64,000 nucleotides of DNA from Cladosporium halotolerans. Its lineage: Eukaryota. The position numbers were made by a program, and so were the translations under genes. The DNA is taken from positions 124,001-188,000 of the forward strand of contig NW_027191469.1 in NCBI RefSeq assembly GCF_011745625.1. The letters run 5' to 3'. Below, piece after piece: positions 39,550 to 52,389 of the stretch. How positions within the stretch are numbered: position 1 is the stretch's first letter; every line of letters starts with the position of its first letter. Below the pieces are notes generated by a model that was given only the letters and a program-made list of their open reading frames with translations, was not told the DNA's origin and ran no database searches.

Positions 39550-39813
39550 ATGCCCGCCTCAGAGTACCCGCCTTACACCAATACGTCGTACAACTACCCT
39601 CTGCCCAACGATGAGAACAACCGCCACGTCCACTTCCCAGACTCGTTCTCGCCGTCGTCGTTCTCGATGAAGATCAAGCTGGGCCCCAGAGACCATCCGA
39701 CGAGCGTAATCACGATTTCGATCCGGTTCGAGCCAGGCCGGTTTCCGAGGATCAAGTTCCGAACGAAGAAGCCGAGAGAGGGGCATCATAGGAGGCGGCG
39801 GAGGAGATTTTGA
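39550..39813 (+). CDS. Possible small basic protein (87 aa; alternative start 39439)
   Basis: CAAC-ATG context, C-ending codon bias, Arg-rich C-terminus. No family recognised. Confidence 0.45.
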   Translation: MPASEYPPYTNTSYNYPLPNDENNRHVHFPDSFSPSSFSMKIKLGPRDHPTSVITISIRFEPGRFPRIKFRTKKPREGHHRRRRRRF

Positions 39814-41926
39814 GGTGTCGAACGATTGTGGGTTCCCGTCAACGCAGGCTGTCCCGACTGTGTCCTATTTGTCAGATCTGGTCACCGCTGAGAAATCCTC
39901 TATCTCAGGCAGGCCCGGCGGATTTCGATCAGCGCGAGCGAATTCTTTAGTCGATCGTTGCCGGAGACCAATGTCAACTTCGAATAGGCTTCCTTCTGGA
40001 TCACTGACGAGTGGGAGATTGGTTCAATACCTAAGAGCTCGAGGCGGACGAGCGCTCTCATCATTGCTTAGTTGAGGAGATTTTCGATCGGGCTGGAGAA
40101 ACAGTGAGAGTCAGGAGCATTCCTTGTCGTTGTCGACTCCTTGGGTACCCGGGCATGACGAGATGGGATGGACGAAATAGTGGAAACTATCATTACCAAT
40201 GCATTCTTCGAAACTCCAGAGTAATGGCAGTCGTTCTCACACATCGGCCTTCTCGTCTCCAATTTTCTCATCGCCTGACCGTCCTCAGTGCCGCATTAAA
40301 CACACTTCCCAATTCCAAAATGCTTTTATGGCCCGGAAAGGTTTAGACAATGTGTAACTTCAAGATCTAAAATCGCCACGTGCCTTGGTGAAGGCTTCGA
40401 TTAGAGATAGAAGTGAGTGCATGGCTGGAAGACACCTTTTCTGCCACCATGCTCGGCGCCATTGCGCGATTCACATCTCTTGCGCCATGCCCGAAAGCAT
40501 ACGTGAATGCCCGCATGCGTCGAGACAAGTCCTGACCGGCTGGGAGAGTGGTTTTTGTCTTCACGCGTATGGCTTCGTAGCGGTGAGCTTCAGGGCAGGC
40601 TTCAAGGCATCGAAAAAGTCAGAAATTGCCAAATAATTGCGCCAAAGAATCCATCAGACGATTCTGCAACGACCATACAGGTACTGGCAGAATTATTGTT
40701 CCTACCGATCGAAGAGGGTGTTTTCGCGCTCGATCATCTCTACTTCTTCAAGTCGGCAGCAATGTGAGACAAGCAGATGTCCCATCACACCTCGCGTGGC
40801 GTTTGTCTCGCGCGACTGCGGGCTTGAAGCTGTATGACCAAGGATCAGTAGTAATATCAGTGGTTCTGCGGGTATAACGGATGGCAAAGCGCAGCGATAA
40901 GCCGGCGCGGAGGGCCCACAAACGTCGAAACCCACTCGGCGCAACAGAGCAGAACGGATCGCCAGGTCCCGAGCCGCACGTTCCAGACACCTGACGTTCG
41001 CTGGTGGGATGCTGTCCCTTGGTCTGGGCGATGATGCGCTTGACTAGAGCCGCCGAGGGATCCTCCATAGCAAAAGACGCAGCAGCGCCCCGAGGCTTTT
41101 GTTTGCTTTTGTCTGAGTGCACCCGCTGTGCTGATCGGTGCAGAGTTGGAGGCATGATTGCCTTGTTTCCAGTGATCACGGTAGCCAGACCAAGGCCGCA
41201 GCATCTCGCCAGGACGGTAGTGTTGCCGGAAATATATAACCAGAGCATCTCGAGACCCACGGCGTGACCCCAGGGCTGACACGTACGACGAGCGCGCGAG
41301 GCTGTGCCTGAGCAGCGAACGGGCCGGCATGTGCCGCACGCCTCGAGGTACACACTACCTTATGTACACACGTTGCGATCGTCTCGAGTGCCGGGTCCGC
41401 CGGACAGCTTCGAGTCTTCGAGACAGCACAGCGTCACGCTCGCCCGCTGCACTGAAGGCTCCCCTTGCTCGCTTCCTCTGCCCTGAGCTGCGGCAACGTT
41501 GGCCCTCCCCTCCCCTCCCTCCCCTCCCCGTCACCGTCACCGTCTCGTCGCTGCCCCGGCGCTGCCCCGCAGGCCTGAGGACGTCCACCTCCCCGCCCGC
41601 ATCCATCCACTCCCAAAGCCCCAAACCTTGTTTCCTACCTACTGCCCACGCGGCCGCACATCCGCCGTCAGCCCATCAATATCTACCTGGGCAATTGACC
41701 TGCGTCAGACCAGACCTGCTTCCACCTCCTGCTCGTGCATTGCTGCCGCCGTGCTGCACCGCCAGAGCCTCCGCCACGTGGCACCACACCCCTCGCCGCC
41801 CTGCTGCCCTCAGCCATTGTCCTCCTGCATCCCGGGCCCGCCGATCCTCGTGATTGGCGGCGTTGGCTTACTACTTGAACACCACAAGCAAGGAAGCGCG
41901 AGCACCCGGCCGCCCACCTGGCAAGC

Positions 41927-44900
41927 ATGCCGCGTCCGCACTTGACCTCGCATCTGTCCCTCAATCGCTTCAAGCCCGGCAACTCCAACACTCCCTCCCT
42001 CAACAGCACCGCCGCCTCCACCCCGCTTGCTGGCAGCCGAAACGTTTCGCCCACTAGGAATGGCAACATGAAAGCTCCCACGAGCTCGGCGGATGCGAGC
42101 AGCAGCCTGCCGCAACAGGGAGACCACAAGGGCATGGGCCTGGTGTTGAAGGTGGAGGTGCAGAAGGGCAGGAACCTCGCAGCGAAGGACAAGAGCGGCA
42201 CCTCCGACCCGTTCCTCGTCCTCACTCTGGGCGATGCGAAAGAGGCCACCAGCGTCATAAGCAAGACGCTCAATCCGGAATGGAAGCAGACCTTCGAAAT
42301 GCCGATCACCACGGCGGACAGCGCTCTGCTCGAGGCTGTCTGCTGGGACAAAGACCGATTTAGGAATGATTACATGGGCGAGTTCGACGTTGTGCTCGAG
42401 GACCTCTTCAGCTCCGGCTCCACCACGCCCGAGGCCAAATGGTTCCCCGTGAAAGCTAAGAGGAGCGGGCGCAGAAAGAGCAAGAAGGACAGCAACATTT
42501 CCGGAGAGGTGCTGCTCAAGTTTACCATTTACGACCCGCTCAATGCTGCCGCGACACCGAACCAGATCCTCCAGAAGTTCTACGGAGTAGTCGCGGAAGA
42601 TGATGACGACGAGGAGGACGACGAAGACCTTCTGGCTAGGATCCAGACTAGGGATCTGGATGATCTGAGCGAGGAGGACGACGAGGACAAGGAGCCTTCT
42701 GACGAGACGGACGAAGGACCCCCGACACCGTCTGGAGAAGCAGAGGAGAAGCAGAGGAAGCGAAGGCGGGCGAAGATCAAGAAGCTGAAGAGGAAGAGCA
42801 AGCTGAAAGCATACGAGTTCAGTAACACAAGCGAGGTTGCAGGCGTGCTCTTCCTGGAAATCAATCGTATCACGGACTTGCCGCCCGAGAAGAACATGAC
42901 GCGCACGAGCTTCGATATGGATCCTTTCGTCGTGGCCTCCCTGGGCAGGAAGACTTACCGGACGAAGGTCGTCAGGCACGACCTCAATCCTGTTTATGAT
43001 GAGAAGCTGGTCTTCCAGGTCATCAGGCAGGCCGTCAATTATTCATTGAACTTTGCTGTGGTCGATCGGGACAAGTTCAGCGGCAACGATTTTGTCGGAA
43101 CAGCAAGCTTCCCTTTGAGCAAGGTCATCGAGCTGCAGCCGGAAGCGGATCCAGAGACTGGACTGTACGCACTCCCTGATTCTGACAACCTTCAGATTCC
43201 TGGAGGTGAGAACGAGCGTGAACGCAAGAAGCGATTCCGAATTCCTCTGTCGCGGACCACTAGTCGTGACACGCTTGGGAGGAGTAGTCGCAACAGCTCG
43301 TCCACGAACTTGAACAAGCCCCATCGTAGCTCGAGCAGTAACAGCCTCAGCTCTCAAGCAAGGCCGGCTCTTCAAGAACGGGAGAGTTCGGGGGGTCCCA
43401 CTTCCGAGCCTCAAAGTCGGTCCATGCAAGACGTCTCTGATAGCCAAGCCATTTCCGATACCGAAGATCACAGCCTCGTCGCCTTCGAGGTCCCTCTCGA
43501 GCTGAAGAACAAGCAGCGATGGGAAGACAAACACAACCCGGTCCTCTACATCCACGCGAAGTACATGTCATATCAAGCTCTTCGGCAGCAATTCTGGCGA
43601 GCAATGCTTCGCCAGTACGACACCGACGACAGCGGAACCCTCGACAAGGTAGAGCTCACAACCATGCTGGACACACTTGGTTCAACACTCCACAACAGCA
43701 CGATCGACGGGTTCTACACGCGCTTCAAGCGACAAAACAACGACGAGGAGATCCTGACCATGGACCAAGCCGTCATCTGTCTCGAAGAGCAGCTGCAGAA
43801 GTCGCAAGAGACGCAGAAATCCATGCACGTTCCGCACTGGAGGAAGTCGAGGGCGAACCAGGTGAAGACGAGCGAGAGTTCGCCGAACGAAAGCCCTGGC
43901 GGCACCACGCCTTACCTCGACGGTGGCAAGACTGCCAACCTGAACCCGAGCAATACTGCCGTTCCAGCTCTCGAGGTCAGCGACCTGGGCGAGAAGGGCG
44001 AGAAGGGCGAGGAGCTTCCAGACGACGACCTCAACGCAGAAGAGCCGGACTTGGATCTCGACGAGGACAGCGGCAAGGAAGAGCACGTTGTGGAGATCCA
44101 GGAGTGTCCCATTTGTCATCAGCCGCGACTTGCGCGTGGCAGCAAGACTACAGACGCGGACATCATCACTCACATCGCTACATGTGCGAGCAGCGACTGG
44201 AGGGCGGTGAACAACTTGGTCATGGCTGGGTTCGTGACCAGTAGTCAGGCCCAGAGGAAGTGGTACAGCAAGGTGATTTCGAAGGTAGGCTGGGTCCTGT
44301 CGTGTATCTTAGTCTCGACTCTTGGTGCTGACTTCGAAAACAGGTCTCATACGGTGGCTACAAGCTCGGCGCAAACAGCGCGAATATTCTCGTCCAGGAC
44401 CGCATTACTGGCATGATCAATGAGGAGCGTATGAGCGTTTACGTCCGTTTGGGCATTCGATTGTTGTACAAGGGCCTTAAGAGCCGGCGTATGGAGAAGG
44501 AGAAGAGTAAGTTCCGCTTTCCACATCCATTGATTAAATCCCTGTGGCGATTGGGTTCTCGACATGCCAATATTTTGAATAAACCTTCGACATATATGCT
44601 GACCGTATTCCTCAGTCCGCAAGCTTCTCCGCTCCATGTCGTTCAAACAAGGCCGCAAATACGACGATCCAGCTTCCGCCGCGCAAATCCCCGGCTTCAT
44701 CAACTTCCACCAGCTCGACATGAGCGAGGTCCTCGTCCCAACAAACGAGTTCAAGAACTTCAACCAATTCTTCTACCGCGAACTCAAACCCGGCGCCCGC
44801 CCCTGCTCCGCCCCCAACGATCCGCACATCGTAGTCAGCCCCGCAGACTGCCGCTCCGTCGTCTTCAACCGCCTCGACGAAGCCCAGCGCATCTGGGTCA

Positions 44901-45538
44901 AAGGCCGCGAATTCAGCGTCGAGCGCCTCCTCGGCGACGCTTACCCGCAGGACGCCAAACGCTACCACGGCGGCGCGCTCGGCATCATGCGCCTCGCGCC
45001 GCAGGACTACCACCGCTTCCACATCCCCGTCGACGGCACGCTGGGCGAGCCCAAGCTCATCGAAGGCGAGTACTACACCGTCAACCCGATGGCGATCCGC
45101 TCCGCGCTCGACGTCTACGGCGAGAACGTCCGCTACGTCGTCCCCGTCGACTCCGACGCCCACGGCCGCGTCATGGTCATCTGCGTCGGCGCCATGATGG
45201 TCGGCAGCACGGTCATCACCCGCAAGGCCGGCGAGCGCGTGCGCCGCGCCGAAGAGCTCGGCTACTTCAAGTTCGGCGGCAGCACGCTGCTGCTGCTCTT
45301 CGAGCCCGGCAAGGTGCACTTCGACGACGACATGGTCAGCAATTCCAACACGGCGCTCGAGACGCTCATCCGCGTCGGAATGAGCATCGGCCACACGCCC
45401 GGCCACGAGCCGCACAAACCGGACATGCAGAAGAAGGACCCGACGCAGGCGGAGAAGCAGGAGGCCAAGCGCAGGATCGAAGGCAGTCTGGCGCCGAGTA
45501 AGGGCGCGGGCGTCGATCTTGCTGCTACGTTGCAGTAG
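41927..45538 (+). CDS. PSD2: Phosphatidylserine decarboxylase 2 (two C2 domains, EF-hand, PSD domain); exons 41927-44284, 44344-44506, 44616-45538
   Basis: C2 motifs DKSGTSDPF and FDMDPF, EF-hand [33 protein letters not shown], self-cleavage motif FKFGGST. Confidence 0.96.
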
Positions 45539-46388
45539 GTTGGTGTAGAGAGAGAGAGGCCCATTGGAGGGGCGGGAAGGACGGGATGGTGAGGAGGAAA
45601 AAATCGTTGGAGGGGAGGGAGGTTCCCGGAAAGGGTTTGTGCATTTGAGAAAAACAAAAAGGACCGGCATGAGCAATCTTGAGTTAGCGGCATATTTGTT
45701 GTTGTTGTTGAGCTGAAACGACCGAGACGAGACGAGACGTACAGTAGCATATTTCCGATTTTTATAGGGCGTTTTTTGCGAGAAATGTCAGCCTCGTCAG
45801 GCACGGGTTACGGAGGAGTCCTGTCCAGTATCAAATTTCACGATATCAATTTGGATGAACGTAGCCCTGATGGCTCATAGATGAAATCCGCAACCGTACG
45901 GAATATCGTCCTGATGAAGTTCGCCGAAAGGGCGTCCTGTCCATCGGCAAGAGGCGAAAAGACTGTTTACGTAGCTTCGTTTGGTTGACGCTGAAGTATT
46001 GACTGGCCGACGGCGACTGTGTGAGGGGATTGTTTCTCTCTGGCTCCGCAGGAGCTGGCACTCCTATTCGCGCAGATACTAGCGTGTGGCGCGATTGAGT
46101 GCTCGGTCAAAATCAATTGAGAAACCACGCTTCCGCTACGGCACAACGATCAGGAGCTAGTATCATCGCCTTCCGCTCGCTTCCATTCAACATCACCGTT
46201 GAGAAGGGTGGTGAGTTTCCATTGTCTACAGGTCATTGGGTGGCCCAATCTTTGCGTTAAGCTGCAAGAAGAACACTTGGACTTCTGTCCACAATATGCA
46301 GTAGTGGTCTCTGTTCCTAGCTCTGTAGACTGAGCCCTTGCAGTTACTTAGTTCTAATTCGTCCCTTCGTTTACTCTTTCGTGTGCGT

Positions 46389-48582
46389 CTAAGCCTTGAA
46401 GTTGTGCATGAAGACCGCCGCCGCGCTGCTGGAAGCCGAGGCAGACATGGAAGTCGACGACGGCAGGGCGATGTAGGGCTCAGTATGCGTGAAGTTCGCA
46501 GGGCCCGAGGTGCTTAGGTCAGCCGTGACCTTCTGAGAGCCGTCTGCAATGTTCAGGTGCTCGAGAGTACGCTGGAACATGGCCAGACTGGCCTTGGGCT
46601 GGTAAAATGGAACCTCATGGCCGGCCTCGTAGATACGAAGGAAGCTGACTGTAGGGACGTTAGTAAGTCTGTCATGGTTCGTCAATGATCAGATCGATCT
46701 GTTTGACTTACAGTTGCCGTACTGCCTGACTTCGCCGAATTCCTCGCCGTCCACCATGAATTTCTCGTAGCCGGCTGCTGCAAACTGTTCCGAGTGCGTA
46801 TAATTGATGTTTAATGAAACGGCCTCTCCTCCCATGACGTTGCAGATGAAATCCGCGTCACTATTGTATTTATCAGTGTTCTGAACGATTGTGCGTTGTT
46901 GGGACATGTTTTGGTGGATTCTGGGCCCGAAAACCGCCTCTCCAGCCATGAGCGGACTTACCCGTAGAACAAGTTGACCCGCAGTCCCTGATCAAGCAGA
47001 TACTCGAGATCTTGACGGAAGTTAGGAAAAATGAAGTCTCCAGTGTTCTGGAATTGCCTGGAGAGCTGTCAGCATAAGGGCATGCAAGTGAAGCTTGAAG
47101 ATCACCATACCAGTAGATGTCCGAGTTCGAAGTGGTGTAGTTCAGGTTAACTCCAATGGCGTTCTGAACGTGAGCCTGGTTGAGGTACGGCTCGATGTAA
47201 GGTGGCGGTGTCGGGTCATCGCTGGGGTGACGGATGTCGTACGTGCCGCGGCCGGAGAAACTGTTGGCAGAGTCAGCTTGTGTTCTAGTGGGACGATCGA
47301 TTTTTTCGTACGTGTAGTAGGTGCCCTCGACATTGTCACGGCACATAGACTGTGCCTCACTGCAGATCGAGAAAACTGACGGGTCGGAGTAGGAGGAGAT
47401 GGGCGTGCTGTAGTTGTACTCTCCGTTTGCGGCGGCGTAACGGCAGGTCTTGATCTGGTCAAGGCAACCGTTGGGCATGTTGAGAGCAAACTTGGAGTAC
47501 TGGTAGACGGTGTCGTTGTACGCCTTGATGCCGTATGAGTTCTTGGTCGCAAATTCTGTGATCTCGAGGTTAGATTGCTATCACCATCGCCGGTACGAGC
47601 GAAAAGCCGCGCTCGAGAAACTCACCAGGGTACCACTCGGCCTGAATTGCTTCATCAATAATGCCGTTGCCAATGCTCAAGGTGTTGAAGTTGAGTGCGA
47701 CGCCGTCAATGGTTCCATTGCGGATGAGCTGGTTCTGCGAATAGAAAAGATCAAAGAAGCCAGGTCCGTAGTGACCTTTCAAACATTAGCAATGCCATTT
47801 TACCAGAACTAACCATCTGTCTCACCTCCGTAGCTCTCCGTAGCCAAGTTGAACTCTTTTTCCTTGTTGCCCTTGCCGACACCAACTTCGGGGTCGAGCT
47901 GCGGCAATCCGCCCAAGAAACCTTGCAAGATGTGCCATGTTGCCACCGCGGCAAGCTCGGTGGTATCGATTTCGCCCTTGTTGACGGGATCGAGGATCGG
48001 GTAACGACCAGTCGGAGGCGCAGCGGAAGCATTGACGAAACCACCCGTAACCTCGTTCAAGCTTCCAATCTCCTCCTCTTGGTAAGAAAAGCCCACACCA
48101 ACCGGCTGCGAGAGGAACAGCATGTTGCTCACGTTGGTCCAAGAGTACTCGTTGACAACGCTGGTGAGGTTCTCGGTCAATCTGCAAGGGCCAAGTTCTT
48201 CAAACAGTCCAATGAGACTGTCACTTCCTGGTCCGCCATTAAGCCAGAGTGTGATGGGGTCGTTGGCCGGATCCCGACGTGATTCGAAGAACCAGAAGAA
48301 CGCGTGAACGTTGGGTGCCAGGTCAATGTAACCACTGTAGCTGTTGACACCAGGTGTCGTCTCGCAAACGCCTTCCTTGCCAGGCTCTTTGTATCTGATG
48401 GTCACATTCGAGGGTGTGGTGAGAGTCTTGACGTCGGTAGCGTCTGCCGGGTAGTATTGACGCTTGAGATGAGTCGCTTTGCTGCCAGTGCTTTCGCGGA
48501 ACAATCTTGGGTTCAACGCAGAGCTGGAACCAGCGAGCGTCAAAAGGCCCGTGGCCGTGGCCAGGAAAGATTTGGAGAGCAT
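46389..48582 (-). CDS. Secreted serine carboxypeptidase (S10, CpdS/S1-like); exons 48582-47826, 47775-47626, 47555-47312, 47260-47111, 47057-46962, 46860-46712, 46648-46389
   Basis: Signal peptide, WLNGGPGSDS, catalytic ESYGGHY, GDADFIC, EAGHEVPFYQP. All six introns restore the frame. Confidence 0.94.
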
Positions 48583-49515
48583 ATTGAACCACCCAACCCT
48601 GGAAATGATACAGGAACTTGAAGGAGACGTTGGGATCATAACAGAGGGATGCGAGTTACTTAACCATCACCGGCCGGGATCAACTTGATAGTAAGCCTTG
48701 CTTTATGCCGCCCACCTTCCTCATACCGTAAGGTAAATTGGAGAAGTTCGTACTTAGACATCCCCGGTCGCATGCTCATCGACGCTTGCGTACCTGAACA
48801 ACGATCGCCAGTTTTAGCATTGGAGAAAATGGCCCATTATCCGTGACAAGCCGGAGGTCACGCACAAACAAGCACGTAAAAACATGGTAGCATTGCAGCT
48901 TAACCGTCTTAGCTCTGTGATGCGGCGCAAAGAAGCATAGCTAAGAGGCGGTGGCATGGCTAGCGCGGGCATACCATTGCCAGCGACAAGGATCTAGCTT
49001 TGGGGCATGACGACGATGATAAGACAGTCAAGTATCGATCTTACCCAAAGAAGAAGCTCGATGTGTGTGACGTTGCATCCCCATCGTGTCGCGTAGCAGC
49101 CCGTGCAAAGACGCGGCCCGGATTCCGCTTGGCGAGCTGATTACGACGAGAAGAACGAGGACCGAGGTCAACATCTTATGAAGCACACGTAGATGTATTT
49201 ATGGTAATTCCAGGAGATTTCAGAAGATGAAAGCACATCGCCAATGAAACACAAGTCTAACGTGGGACATTAATCGGATGCGGATGGACATGTTCTGATA
49301 CGATTAGCGACGACGGTCCCGAACCACGATACCTCAAACAATGATATATATTGTGAGATTCGCACAGTAGATCAAGAGCGCGTATACTCGTGCGATCCGT
49401 CATACTTGATTAAAGGTCTGGACGCCAGCATCATAACAGCCGACATCGAATGAAGAGTAACAGCAGCATTTTGTGAGGCATTTGGCATGACTCTATGCTC
49501 AGATTCTGTGTAAAG

Positions 49516-49567
<52 letters not shown>
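49516..49567. repeat. Perfect (AATC)13 microsatellite
   Basis: 13 uninterrupted AATC units read directly. Confidence 0.97.
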
Positions 49568-50664
49568 TTTTCCTCGTCATCGAATAGTTGTACAGTGAAG
49601 GTGCATTAAGAATCAATCAGTCAACTCTGTTGGAAAGCTTGGGCATGCACTGTGATTCTGATCTTTTGCATGGATGGATTGGTGCAACTTCATACCGCTG
49701 AAGGTTAAGGCAGGTCGCTCGTGTCCATCAAGGAAATGAGAGGGGAGATAGCGCCACAATACGCTTGTAAATATGCCTCACACACTCCGCTGAAAAAAAT
49801 CCGCGGCGCATACACAACGACAATTTCGCGAAAATGAATCCAATGTTGCAAGTCCTCTACGAACCATTTCGATGGCTTACATCGCCGTCTGAACTTTCGC
49901 CAAATTCTAGGCATGATGACGGAGGCCTGAGAGTGCCAAAGCTCGATTCGCAGGCCCAAGCCTGGTCATCAATCAAGTTCTTTGCTGGTGGCTGTCCTTC
50001 AGGAGGACGAACCAGTTGAGCCGCCGGGCTAGTCGACCAGGCCATTGATTGATTTCACTACGGTCAGGCTTTACATGATAGTCCAATTATTCTCATTCGA
50101 GAATATCTCCCGGAAGTGTGGAACTCCTGGCGAAGCTATCAGCCATCCCAGCGAACATAAAGGGAAAGAATGAGATTGCTTATGCAAGCTCGCTTGTTAT
50201 CTCTCCGCGAAAGCAGGCGCATCTGAGCTGTTCGCGGAAGCTTCTGAGGCCGTTAAGTATCGGCGAAGGCGTTCCTCAGGAGTGGTCAAATGCCATGCCG
50301 GGAGGCTCGAATAGCTTGGTTCATTTGAACTCGCGTCGCATAACTCACTGCCGGGTTTGCCGTTGTGCCATGTCCGAGTGCCGAAACAAGCTCAATCTTG
50401 GTGACGCATCGTGCATGGTTTTCAGGGACAAGAAAGACTAATACGTTCGTCAATTGCTTCCCCAAGCTCTCCAGTAATCACATGTCATAGCATCACGAAG
50501 CTCCCATGGAAAAGCTAAAGCTCTTCTTTCGAACCGGCCTCACATTGCTTTACTACATAGGAGATGGCTGTTTCGAGACGCCAATTCCAATCTCAGGACC
50601 TCCCAAGATACCCGGGTCATGTACAAACTCCTCTCTTCAAAATGCATTCTGGCAGATTCGCAAC

Positions 50665-51075
50665 CTAGTGGTCCTTGGAGGGGCCCGACCTGTAGAGACG
50701 GAGGGTCGAGTCGGTGTAGAACTTGCGGATGATGCTGTAGCCAGCGGCGCCGAGGGCGACGGCCAAGACGGCGGCAATGGGAAGCAGCTCGACGGGGATC
50801 TTCTTGAGAGAGCGGATGCGCTGGGAGATGGTGTGCGCTGGGACGCAGCGTTAGTTCGGGTGCTGGCGGACTGCCGTAGATATCACATACCGGAGTGCTC
50901 CTCCTTCTGCGATGCTGTTAGCATTGGCCTTGCTGGTCCACGGTGGCGCTATACATACGGGAACGGGAGTCCTCATCTTAGGCGAAGCCTGGAGGCGGAG
51001 GCCCCTGGTGGGCTGGGCGCGGAAGGCGGGCGCGGCGCGCTGCCTGAGCATGTTGAAAGCACGGGTGGACTGCAT
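50665..51075 (-). CDS. MLRQ/B12D (NDUFA4/COXFA4-like) single-TM mitochondrial protein, 101 aa; exons 51075-50959, 50906-50891, 50837-50665
   Basis: Arg-rich presequence, then KEEHSAHTISQRIRSLKKIPVELLPIAAVLAVALGAAGYSIIRKFYTDSTLRL. Two GTATGT..CTAAC..CAG introns. Confidence 0.8.
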
Positions 51076-51338
51076 TGTGTGTGTGGTGGGTGAGCGGAGA
51101 GACGGCGAGCTTGAGGCGTTCAAAGCAATGGTATAGGGCACTCCGCTGCAGTTGTCGCTGTCGCAGCTCGCCAGGTGAACTTGGCGATGTGGCTCGTGCG
51201 CAAGCAAGCGCGGCTTCCGGCGAGTCGCTTCTCCTTCGTCGACCTCATTGCTCGGAGCGCATACAGCAGCAGACACCAGCCCGCCGCCACCGCTACACCA
51301 CCACAAACCGACCTTACCCCCCGAGAAATACCGCAAAC

Positions 51339-51821
51339 ATGTCTGACGACGAGGAGCGCGTGACCATGCCCTTCAAGTTCGTGACTGGTGCGTTCCACTT
51401 GCCCGCTTTGGCGATAGCTTTAGACCAGAGACACTGACAGCTTCACAGCCGGTATGACCGCACCCACACCCCAATGCCTTCGGAATACCTCGAAAACGCG
51501 ATTGCAGCGCTGTCCAAATACATCTTGCTAACCCCAGCCCGCACCCAGGCTTCGACGCCCGCTTTCCGAACCAGAACCAGACCAAGCACTGCTGGCAGAA
51601 CTACGTCGACTACCACAAGTGCATCAACGCCAAGGGCGAGGACTTCAAGCCCTGCCGCCAGGTACGCACGCCGAAATCGCAATCCCCGACCGACCACGCG
51701 ACTCTTCCTAACAATCCCGCAGTTCTACCTCGCCTACCGCTCTCTCTGCCCGTCCGGCTGGGCGCAGCGCTGGGACGACCAGAGGGAGGCCGGCACCTTC
51801 CCCGCCAGACTGGACGACTAG
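51339..51821 (+). CDS. COX12: Cytochrome c oxidase subunit 6B/Cox12; exons 51339-51387, 51449-51451, 51549-51661, 51723-51821
   Basis: [31 protein letters not shown]...[30 protein letters not shown], with the twin-Cys pattern. Confidence 0.95.
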
Positions 51822-52389
51822 ACGCGCAATTGGAGGGCTGTAAGAGTGAAGCAGGGAGGAATGTTGGGCGATCTAGTGGCAGAGGCGCGCGATGCGGAGG
51901 GCTCTGTATAGAAAGTCACGGGATAAAGAAGTCTGTTCAAATCACGCACCGCACACGTTTCTCGAATCTTTGCGATCCCCGAAGCTCAGAATCCTACACT
52001 CTTCCCGGCCCATGACACCGGGCATCTTCTGCAGTGGACGTGAAGCAGCTCAGCCTGGGCCAATGGCTTCGAAGATGCTTACCTATAGTAAACGCGGCAG
52101 TACTCCAGTACTGCGTACCTTCCTAAAGTAATGCACAGCGCCAAAAAGCCTCGCACTATTAATTAAGCTCGATTAAAGACATCATTGAAGATTGCCAACA
52201 CGACTCTGCTTAATCTAGAACTCCCTCGACCGGCATCACAAACCAGCCCGAGGTAGGAATCCTGAAGCCGAAATCACGTGATACAGCGGTCCAAAGCAGA
52301 GTAAGCATCGTTGACGTGTTGAACACTTGATGCAGATTTACGAAGTTCAGTTTCTTCCTTATATCCATGAATTGCCCTGCCTAAATGCC

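Noticed and set aside
48700..50500. Possible gene relic or transposon remnant around the microsatellite
   Set aside because: Only short ORFs, with no recognisable domain, terminal repeats or AT-rich RIP signature.
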